A DNA stretch of 64,000 bases from Phoronis australis (Eukaryota; Animalia; Phoronida): assembly GCA_002633005.1 (NCBI GenBank), contig NMRA01000182.1, positions 71,077 through 135,076 on the forward strand. The letters are read 5' to 3'. Positions 39,778-50,162 of the stretch are shown one piece after another. The position numbers were made by a program, and so were the translations under genes. How positions within the stretch are numbered: the first letter of the stretch is position 1; the number at the start of each line of letters is the position of its first letter. Under the pieces are notes generated by a model. It was not told the DNA's origin, ran no database searches, and worked only from the letters and a program-made list of their open reading frames with translations.

Positions 39778-40715
39778 ATTCCAAGCTGCAAATTAAGAGA
39801 AAAAAGATTTGGTCTAGATAATTCAGGAAACTGCATTTAATTTGATGGAAACATTATTGATCGACTGGGTAATAATGAATCCTGGGCAAACAGATTTTTT
39901 TAGCTCAGTCTAATGTTAATGTCAACCAATTCTTGCCGTGTATGAAGCCCACAGTTGACTACATTAGCATGTCACTAAACTCCACGGTACAGGTATATAT
40001 ATTGCTTATCTAACTCTCTTGCAACAACAAATACTCCATTTAACGTGTGTGGGTACTTAACAAACCAAAAATCTATATTGAAATGTTTGAAGACTCCATT
40101 GATGGTCGCTATGTACGTTTAAGGTATACCTCAAAGGAACTGGCTTTAAATATATTTACCGAAGCTCTATGTTTTCGTCGTTATCCCTCGCCCAATTGAC
40201 AGTGCTGTCATTCTAATGTCTGTTTAGTGTTTTTGTAAAGCGACATGCATGAAGCCTACTCGGCGTGCTAAGAAACGTTCCGTAATCAACTGTTGAGATA
40301 ACTAAAGTAAAAGATGTCGTAAGTTGTTTTGCATCTACTTAGTGACCGCAATTAGTAATTTGAACACGTATTTTACCATGAACTTTTTACTGAATAATGT
40401 TTCTCCACATGCATATTTATTTTTCGATTCAACGGGCCACATTATATTCGACTAAGGACGCCATTACCATTTCTTTTAAACTGCATTATTTGCGAATGAT
40501 TTCTTTAATTGCGCAATAATGGGGGAGAAATGAGTTAGGTTTCATGTGCTGTGTTCGTGTCGAAACAAGGTATATAAGATTTGACAGGGATAATGTGTAC
40601 AGTTACATTTTATCTGAGACAGATAAACAAATCATCTATTAATCTTTCTTTAAGTGTCATAAGTAATCTCCTTTTTGCAGGGATTGACTTCAGCGACCGT
40701 GTAGAAATTTGAAAG

Positions 40716-42044
40716 ATGGCCGGCAAACAAAAACATGGAAAAGGAAAACGCAGAAGGGGTTCCAAAGCCTTGGACGTCCTTCCTCTGATTCGAGAACTGA
40801 CTGAAATACCCGCCAAGTCACGACAAGCAACAATGTTGTCAAAAAAGGAAACTAGACAAGAAGGTAGGGGAACGCAAAATACTCGGGAGACCAGTCAACG
40901 TGATGTGCTCAATGCTGTCGAGATGTCCCAACTTTTGGATCAAAAGGCTGAGGAAAATAAAATTACTGCTTTCGCCTCTAAAGCGGCAATTGACCCGAGA
41001 TCTCAAGTCAAGGCACCATGCAATTCCGCTGCAAATCATGTTAAAGGCAAAAAGATAATCGACGTTAAGAAAGCAACGGACATATCTGAACACACCAACG
41101 GCACAGAAATGACAATAAGAAGTGAGAAAACACCAGTTGTTTTAAACGTTGGTGAAGACGATGCATCTGTCATAAGTACGATGACAGCTGATGACTCAAA
41201 GAAACTCAACACAAACGAATCCCACGTTGATACAAGCAAATTGCCTAAACTCCCTGTTAAAGATTCGATTTTAACTTTAAAGCTCTCTTCTCATGCAAAT
41301 GCTGGGCTGCCCACTGTGTTACCAGAATCTCCATGTAAAAAATATGTCCAAATTGGATTTCCGGTCCTGCGTACACAACAAGTCGTAGAAAACCAATGGA
41401 AGGTTCCCCGTCTTTCGAAACTGAAAAATCTGCCGACTCTTACATCAGACGAAAGTTTCTGGAGTCGTAACACAATTTACAGTGACTCGAACCTTCGACT
41501 AATCGACAAAATTGTAAAGAATCCAGTAAAACGCCCACGAGCTGGGAAACTTTCCAAACGCTCTCGGCCAGGCGGCGCGGGAACGCTCTCGCTTCCAGAC
41601 CGCAACTACATTTTCGATGATATTGCTAGCATGGGCGCTCTCGAACGCTTTGCACGTGACCGCATGTTTGTGCCGACGATTTACAAGAATATTTTCAACT
41701 GTCCAACTCGGAATCGAGCCTACATCTCAGCTATGTATACGGAGGACTTCAAGGCCCGACACAATCACGCACCAACTTGTAGGTTATTCAGTATTGAGCC
41801 CCAAAACCCGGACTGTCAATTTTGTGACGTGTTGGGAAAGGGGTCTTGTAAGTATTGTACAGAGCTTAAAAACAGGGTATTCGCCAAGGCTTATGAGAAC
41901 TTTTATCTGCCTCCTGTGAACATAAATAGAGCGACACTGGTGGCGCCCCAGTTGGCGCATACACTTTTACACGGTACACGCTCAGTTGCGTCGCCAAAAG
42001 AACCATTGAGACGTGGAAAGAAAGTGAAATTTAGCAAGCTTTGA
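40716..42044 (+). CDS. Orphan ORF D, 442 aa, basic, with CDVLG cysteine motif and terminal RVxF
   Basis: Acceptor ctcctttttgcag ends at 40680. Good ATG context (aagATGg). Contains CQFCDVLGKGSCKYC and ends KKVKFSKL. Confidence 0.82.
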   Translation: MAGKQKHGKGKRRRGSKALDVLPLIRELTEIPAKSRQATMLSKKETRQEGRGTQNTRETSQRDVLNAVEMSQLLDQKAEENKITAFASKAAIDPRSQVKAPCNSAANHVKGKKIIDVKKATDISEHTNGTEMTIRSEKTPVVLNVGEDDASVISTMTADDSKKLNTNESHVDTSKLPKLPVKDSILTLKLSSHANAGLPTVLPESPCKKYVQIGFPVLRTQQVVENQWKVPRLSKLKNLPTLTSDESFWSRNTIYSDSNLRLIDKIVKNPVKRPRAGKLSKRSRPGGAGTLSLPDRNYIFDDIASMGALERFARDRMFVPTIYKNIFNCPTRNRAYISAMYTEDFKARHNHAPTCRLFSIEPQNPDCQFCDVLGKGSCKYCTELKNRVFAKAYENFYLPPVNINRATLVAPQLAHTLLHGTRSVASPKEPLRRGKKVKFSKL

Positions 42045-43190
42045 TTTTTGAATCTGTTATCTTTTGTGAGAGATATTATTGCAAAACGTAGAATATTGAG
42101 ATTTTTTGGCTTCTGTTGTTGATGCTTGTGTTATTGTTATTGGTTTGTTGAATTGTTCTTTCATCACTAATATCAAAATAGTAAGAAAACTACACACTGT
42201 CTCTGAGAACACACAAAATAATTTATCAGATAGTTTGCATCAATTATTGTTAAACTGTGGCGTGCTAACCAGTTACATTCATTACAAAAACTTTTTCGTT
42301 TTGTGATAACGAAATGGGAGCGTAACATCAAACTATTTTCACTTTCACCAAATAGGGCTTTGTTCCGTAAAAGAAAGAATCCTGCTCGTAGTGCATGGCG
42401 ATAGGTCGCGAAGTCTTACGTGATCTTGTGTTTTCGCCAGGCTCTCGGATCGCGTCTACGGAACGCTTCCCTGGTCCGATCTTTGTGTAACAGGTTTCTT
42501 GTGTACTTCGTAATGCTGCCGCACTAATTGTCCAAGAGACTTCAAAATGTAGCCTACACAGTTTCAGTTTTTATTTTTAAATGGTGACTTTTATTGATAT
42601 TTGCCAAGTGATCAACTTACGGGTTTCTAAACTAAGCAGATTTGGAGGAATACAAAATCAACATCATGTTGGGTAACCTCGCCACCATGAAGTCTTACAA
42701 ACCTTAGGCAGATTCCCACTGAACAGTAAGAAATCGCGTTCCGTAGACTCAAGACATTAGGCATGCATCTGCGATGAAAATTCTGCGCTTCTGGAACGGA
42801 AACGATGAATTCTATTACATTCCAACCTCTCAACCATTCTCTCTAAACATTCACCTTTCACGCGCGTGATCATAAAGTTTGGAAGTCACCACAAAAACGA
42901 GTTTATGGGGAATCATTACCTGACTTTGATACCCGCTGGTGGCGACTTTGTAGCCACTTGGGATTTTTCAAAAGTCGTCAAACACAAAGCTGAAGTTGCA
43001 TTAGCGACCTGCATGTCACCGAATCGAGCACTGCACGGTAAAAGCAGGCAACTGCAATATGCAAGGAATCACTGAAGCAATATTGCAGTATCGAGGAGTG
43101 AGCATTGGTCAAACATGCACATACGCGCTTTGACTCTCCAGTGCCCCAAGACACGATAACACAAAACGAAGGCGAAGAACAATAAATGTT

Positions 43191-44135
43191 TTATTCTTCG
43201 TCATCCTCCAAAGCCGCTGTAGGAATTACTGTCACAGCGTCTCGTTTATCTTCATCGAGTCCCATTTCCTTGAACGTGTCAGAGAGCAAATCTGGCACAG
43301 CGGAAAACCGTCTGTAGGGCTGAGGTCCATTTTTGTCTACCATAGGAGGTCCTAATGGTAGTTCTTCCTCGCCGATAGAACTCACGGGGGAATAGGAGGA
43401 ATTTGAACCTTCACCTGAAGTTGGTGGTTGCTCTACAATCTCCGGCGCCATCTGTCGGCTTTTATGTTTCTCCATAACTCGTCGATGTAACTCCACTGGC
43501 GACAAAATGGTCAAGAAATCTTTCTTTTCATAATGAATTGGGACATCGCTAAAATGTCTTCCCTTTGTTACTGGCAATGTCTTCTTTGTAAGTCTGGCCA
43601 AAATTTTGTCTTGGATTTGGTACAGCCAGTCGTATTGGGGGAAGAGATTCTTTCTGTAGTCTTGACTAAAATGGAGCTGATCACACAGTCTTTGAGAGGA
43701 ATATGTATTTACAATGTCCCATTCTCTTGTTTTGCAAGCTTCTGGCTCATCACTTTTGAATCCACCGTTAATAGATCGTTTTATGCAATCTTTGCACGAA
43801 ACAGGTCCTAAAACCTCACAGTGGTGGACATGGAATACATCACTTGCCGATTCGCTCTCCGACTTTTTACATTTTACATTCCATCTGTGAGAAGTAAGAA
43901 AACTCGGCTTAGTTACGTAGGGTAATTTCCAGTCTTGGAAAGAATAATCCGGTTCTGCAAATGGCGCACGGAAATGCTCTTGGATTATGTCACCGTGTGA
44001 GTTATGTGTACGGTGGTTGTGATACATGTAAAGAAGATTTCGCATCACATGAAGCTGACTTTCACCGTTCAAAACGAGACCGATATTCTTCCCTGTATGT
44101 CCTAACAGCTTTCGATTACGACTGCGAGAATTCAT
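43191..44135 (-). CDS. Orphan ORF E, 314 aa, with CEVLG cysteine motif
   Basis: Minus-strand acceptor ttttcatcttgattttacag, with the exon starting at 44173. ATG at 44135. Contains HVHHCEVLGPVSCKDC. Confidence 0.8.
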   Translation of the reverse strand: MNSRSRNRKLLGHTGKNIGLVLNGESQLHVMRNLLYMYHNHRTHNSHGDIIQEHFRAPFAEPDYSFQDWKLPYVTKPSFLTSHRWNVKCKKSESESASDVFHVHHCEVLGPVSCKDCIKRSINGGFKSDEPEACKTREWDIVNTYSSQRLCDQLHFSQDYRKNLFPQYDWLYQIQDKILARLTKKTLPVTKGRHFSDVPIHYEKKDFLTILSPVELHRRVMEKHKSRQMAPEIVEQPPTSGEGSNSSYSPVSSIGEEELPLGPPMVDKNGPQPYRRFSAVPDLLSDTFKEMGLDEDKRDAVTVIPTAALEDDEE

Positions 44136-45894
44136 TGTGGGTTGTCCGCTTCACGCACGTTAAGGAGTACGACCTGTAAAATCAAGATGAAAAAGGCTAG
44201 ACACGCTTGACTTCAGATTCTCCTGATAAACCTTTGCGATCGAAGTCCTATATCCAATACACAAATTTACGAAAGCTAAATTGTTAAGTGAGCTATACGT
44301 GTGCCCGATACGATCTCTGATAAAGTTTTGCAATGAATAAAATTGTCATTCTGTACATTCGTTTCCCAGATTATAACAGAAGAGATGGAGATATTCAGCT
44401 TTAATTAAACACCTCTTTCGACAACCTTACAACTCCAGTCAACCTACTTTAAACTGGTTTTGATTTTTTTTCAACCCGTGTCACGTCATTATCGCCGACA
44501 ATGGTGGTAAATTATTTTTATTAAATTAAAAATTGACAGGATCATTTCCAAAGACCATAATTGTTATTATTGTTATTTTTAAAACTAGCCTACGTGTACA
44601 ATGCAAGTGGACCAATAACGGTTATTCCAAGAACACAACGTGCCAGCATTGACAATACCTAGCGCTGGGTAAATTAGTAAACTTACAAGTTGGGTTGCTA
44701 CATAGTTCTTGAACTTAGTCAATGCCAACTGAGCTGCTTCCGTTCCCTTCATCGTCAGGAAATTGGTCAATTATTCAACTAGGGTGCGCTTTACAATAAA
44801 TAATACCAAATATCACTTACCTGCAAAATTCAATCAAGATTCTTTGCGTTGAATTGGCTGCTTACTCAATTTGCAAATCCATGTTAAGACCACATTTCCA
44901 GCTCTAATATCCGATGACTTAATGTTCCACGTTCTTGGCTATCACCTTCGTCTTAGTAACCAATATATGTTATAGAATAGTAGACAATCAATGAGTCGTT
45001 TATCAACATTTATGTCTTTCGTGTATACACAACTAATTCAAGTAGTAAATATTTCATTTTGCTGATAAAGAACTGCGCGGAATTTGACACAAAACTGTGT
45101 AATAAATGGTAGCTGCCACAAACCGTAACGAGCTCGAGATGGTCTGCAAAAATGTTAAACAGCCGACACCAACCACAAGTGCTGTTCGTTTAACTTGAAG
45201 GAGAACTCCTTGAAAATTTTAATTTTGAATATTCAAAGTATTGAACATGATACTTGTATTTCATACGGACACTATAGATGCAACGATAACGTGTTTGTAA
45301 ATTTGATAAGTTTTAACTTAATATCTAAAAATTGAAGATTGTTCCCAGTCTCTGTCTGGGTCGTTTACTACAGATTTTACTAGGTGCCTCTGGCCTTTAC
45401 CAGCGGCAGTTCCTTGGGCGGCGTTAGGTGCAGCAAGTGTTTTCCAAGAAGAGCGAAATCACCCAAGTCTTTACGGGATGTAGCTGTATATTGGGTCACA
45501 ATATAACATAGTAATAATATTCTCGAGTACCTATGGTTTTACAAGTCACAACACTGGCTTTATTCACGAGTGCCTTGCCAAACGGGCACGTGGTTAAGCC
45601 TAATGCTAAAAGCACATTAAACCCCCCTTCTGTTTTGAAAACAAACTTTTGATGTAGATAGCTTGACATTGTGAAATTGGAATCCAACTTCTCTTTATTC
45701 AAATTAGAGGAGATTTTGAACTTGGAAAAATGACAGTTCGTTATAATTGTTTACAGGCTCTCTACACCTAGGTTTTTGACGGCAGGACATCGTGTGGTTC
45801 CAGGTAATAACGAACTGTCAGTTCTTTCCGAGCCTCCAACTGTAGAAACCACTTTTCATCTGAGTAAGAAAAAATTTCACAGTAGTTTTACAAC

Positions 45895-45956
45895 GGTTTG
45901 CATTCTAAATCAAAAGTCTGTTTGAGGTTTGCATTCTAAATCAAAAGCCTGTTTGA
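45895..45956. repeat. 31-bp tandem duplication (2 copies)
   Basis: ggtttgcattctaaatcaaaag[t/c]ctgtttga occurs twice. Confidence 0.9.
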
Positions 45957-46381
45957 GCTATGAAGGCGGTTTTATATCCAATCTCTCTCTCAACTTCGCG
46001 TGAATGCTCGTCGTTTTTTCCGTGATGAAACAGTTTTGAGGGTAATCACACAACTTTTTGTTATGAAGTAACCAGAGTTTTTGCAGCCACTCTGTCATTT
46101 TTCTTAACATTAATACATTGAAGAACGATTGAATGATACGACATCAAAAAATTTGGGTGTCCTTGTTGTATCCTCTGACGTTCCAACTTAAAACACAACC
46201 TCGCAGCCTTCACAACAGGTTCATTATATTAAAAGGGAAATGTCTGTTTTATTTCAAAAACATCGAGCGGTTTGAGATAATCCTGTGGTTTGATCTGTAC
46301 GTTTAATGTAAGTTTGGTGGGTGTTTTATGTTCATAGTTTTATCCCATGTTCGGTTTGATACCAAAATGGCAAAATTAAAC

Positions 46382-46798
46382 ACTTAACTTGTGCCCACTT
46401 TTCATTTTTATTACTGACAAACAGCTAAAATTGTTATATAGTCAGTGCCACCCAAATTGTCCAGAGATTCCAAATCTTCACTTCTGGTTATCACCATATT
46501 TGCACTTTTGTATATATTTTAGGATTTGAGTTCTAATATAGATTAAACTTTAATGACACGTGAAATTTTTATTGTAGGCCTACCTGTAATGTGGAAAGTT
46601 CAGGGATGGGCTCACAATGAACTTAACTAATTAAGTTTCGCTGGCAATCAAGATCTACCACTGTTTCGGAACTTCAAGTTTCAAACTTAGATAAAAAGTT
46701 ATCAACCCGTTCCGGGTAAGAAAAAAAACACAAGTGGGCAGAAGCATTAAAAATTAAATAACGAAAATCAATATGAAACATATCGTTTCTTTGGGAAG
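46382..46798 (+). repeat. ~410-bp dispersed repeat, copy 1
   Basis: Colinear with 54782-55192 (gtgcccacttttcatt...aaattgtccagagattccaaatcttca...cagaagcattaaaaattaaata). Confidence 0.85.
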
Positions 46799-47698
46799 GG
46801 TAAAATAATAAAACTAGTAAAACTAAAATGACGAGCGTCGGTACTAAAATACATTAAAATATCCCCACGTTTCGAGCGATGCGCTCTTTGTCAAGGGTGT
46901 GCTACAGACTGTCTCGTAATGTTCTTATCAAGACAGGATTCTATTTCCGACATCGACTACGCATGAGTTTTCTTCACCATTCATCCGTCGATTTTTAGGG
47001 ATCGATAAAACTTTTACGACCATATTTAAAAGAAAACAATTTTGGTTCCTTTAAAGTCATCTTGACGAATTTTCTCAGCTAATTATCCAAAATCTTCTTC
47101 CGCAACAGAAGACAAATACGATTCTCTAATATGTCAGTGGAAATTGATGCTTAATTCTCAGATGACTGGTGAATGGTGGAAGAAAACACATATTTTCTCA
47201 ATAAATATCAGTATTAATACAAAGTTGAAATGGTTTAAAATCCGTTTATCACGTATACTCTTAAGCACTTTCATCTAAAATTAGTCACAGATTCTCAAAT
47301 GAAGCCAGAGTGATATCGTCCATCTGTACTGGTCATGTGAACTTGTGCGTTCCGTTTGGTCTTCGTTGTTTGGTTCAATAAAATGTGAATTCATCAACAT
47401 TTTGTTTTCATGTCAAGGTGTTATGTTATTTTCAGCAAGTCTTCATTCAATACAACATGTATCAAATTTAATATCAACTGTTGATAAATGTCATTTACAT
47501 CGCTGGAGATTAGTGAATCTTGAGCCTCCCTGTTGAATACTTGAAAACAGAGTACAACAAAACAGAAATAAAGTACATATTCTCTACGAAAATTTTCGAA
47601 TAATTTTATTTTAATCATAGATGGATTATGGATCTTTTATTGGATGAGTGGTAACATGAGTGAGTGTGAGTGTGCTTGAGTAAGAAACCTGACAACTT

Positions 47699-47935
47699 GT
47701 CTTATAATACTGTATCTACTGGATGTATACAAGTCTTATAATACTGTATCTACTGGATGTATACAAGTCTTATAATAATGTATCTACTGGATGTATACAA
47801 GTCTTATAATACTGTATCTACTGGATGTATACAAGTCTTATAATACTGTATCTACTGGATGTATACAAGTCTTATAATACTGTATCTACTGGATGTATAC
47901 AAGTCTTATAATACTGTAACTACTGGATGTATACA
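47699..47935. repeat. 34-bp minisatellite, ~7 copies
   Basis: Unit cttataatactgtatctactggatgtatacaagt at 47701, 47735, 47769, 47803, 47837, 47871 and 47905, almost invariant. Confidence 0.97.
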
Positions 47936-50162
47936 TGAATAAAAAACAACAAACAAGAACATCGACTGGAAACCATCAGCGATTCAAGAAAACGCTGTTG
48001 AGTTTATTGGGGGTCGCCAACGCTAAAATTAGGAATTCGAAACTGGCACATGTACGCATTGTCTGTGATTTGAGTTGCTCACTCATTAAGCAACAACAGA
48101 TGAACGCGGTAATGTTTTACACCCCAAAGCGAGACAACATTTACAACTAAACATAAGAGAAATACGGCTTTAACTGAGCCAGTTCGAGTGTGTGGTTTAA
48201 TTGTTGCGATGTGATACCCAAAATGCAATGAAACTTAATTTGACCTGACAAACGGATGTACAATTAACTTTCTGAACTTAATCCGAATAAAACATCGATT
48301 AACGTTAATAGTAACTTGAAGTGCTGGCAAATGAAACTCAGTCCGTAAATCAATACATGTTCAGGTGAAAGACTCTAAACCTGGGTGCAAATACGCTTTA
48401 GTTTGTCGAACTGTTATAATTGCTATATATGAGATCATTGATGGGTTTGTAAACATTGGTAATTTGACAGCCATCGTAAAATAAATAGTATAATAAAATT
48501 TCACTTAAAAATAAAACACGCCTCATTCAATAAAGAGAATTTTCACACGCGTATACACTGGAACTCGCACATCTTGAATGCCACCCGACACTGCTCGTAT
48601 GTTCAAATTATTGAGCAAATTTTATACATTTATATATTTGTACGGCAATCTGGTTATGATTTATCTCTATGAGATGAGTTTCAACTTTTACTTTACTCCG
48701 TCAAGGATTGATTTTTGATCTTGCAAAGAACTTGGCAGTTCGTTATTCTTTGAGGACATGCACGGCGAATAAAATGACACGTGACAGCAAGCCAACTTGT
48801 AGAGTCTGGTCTAGAGCAATCAGTTCCAGTTCTTTGCAAACTCAGGAATCGAACCCATTTCGACTTAAGGCTAATCTGAGACCAAGTTTACGGCGGTAAA
48901 TGCTCTAAATCTATGTTTGTGACGGAAGATGGGGTTTACAGCTGCTGTAAAACAAACAAAGGTAAAGAGCAAATACGTATGTGAAGAAATATGTTTTAAC
49001 AACAGAACATGATTTGCATCGGGTTTTGGTACAAAATTAATGTCAGTGTGTTCACGGCAGACGAACATTTTAGCCTCAATAGCCTCAATGAACAGTGTGT
49101 ACCAAAAGTCCCATAATAAAGTTGGCGTAGAGAGTATACATAAAGAAGCCATCAAATAACAATAAAAAAATCTTTAATTCCTTTCAGTTCCTAATTGTAT
49201 TAAATAAATGCGCAGCTGAAGAGTTCTCACACCTTGATAGTCCATAGCAACAAGACTTCAATCAGGGCTTTTAGCACACAAGAGACGTAACAACAAACTT
49301 GGTTTTGTTGACTTGGGACTTCGCGGCGATCAAAAGGCTTCATTGTGCCGTTCTTTGTTAGAAAACAATTTACCGTATACTTCTATTTAAGGGTCGCTTT
49401 AACTAAATAGAGTGTTCGCAGCATGCGGACCGTGGCTAAATCCGATCAGTTTACCGCTCTATTGTTGTAAGGAATGACGTGTGTAATTCGGGGACATGTA
49501 GATCAAACCGATAGTCGGAAAACTCGTAGCTAAGTGGAGAGCGCGTTATCAGCTAGTTTAATAAGATTATAGGTGCGTTACCGACCAATTTATCTATTAA
49601 GATAATGTTATGGTAAACACACCTTGAACAGGTATTCAAGTGACTTTGTGATACATTTGAAAACCACTCGAGTGTGTATTGTGAGTTGTTATGCGAACGG
49701 AGTTGATATCATGGATATAACGCCAGGAAAGACTAGTTGAAACAGATTGTGAACCTTATTACGGGATGCGTTCTTGTGACAAAGGTAGACAGCTCGTGAC
49801 CGAAGTGTAGATTCTGCTGCCGAGATCTGGCAAGGTGAACTTAAGACTACATGTAACTTATGACGTAAACAGCGAGTCGTATTCTACAATAAACAGGTAT
49901 TGTTTGGATGATTGGCGAAACTGAGGAGTAATTCTATTACAGGTATGTTACGGAATCAGTTGACGGCATTATGGCTTTCACTAAGAGTGCAAATGGAAGT
50001 CACAGATAACTGACACGTGACACAGCAATCGTCCGTCGCGCTGGTAAACAAACTATTTCCTCTGGGGATTGGATTTCCATTGTGAGAATTTTAATCGGTG
50101 AGTGACTTTAAAAGCAAGTGATACATAAATTGCAGAGTTCGTTTTTTCCACAACAAGGGAAA

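Noticed and set aside
47699-47935. CRISPR-like array (34-bp repeats)
   Set aside because: Units are head-to-tail with no unique spacers, there are no cas genes, and the context is eukaryotic.
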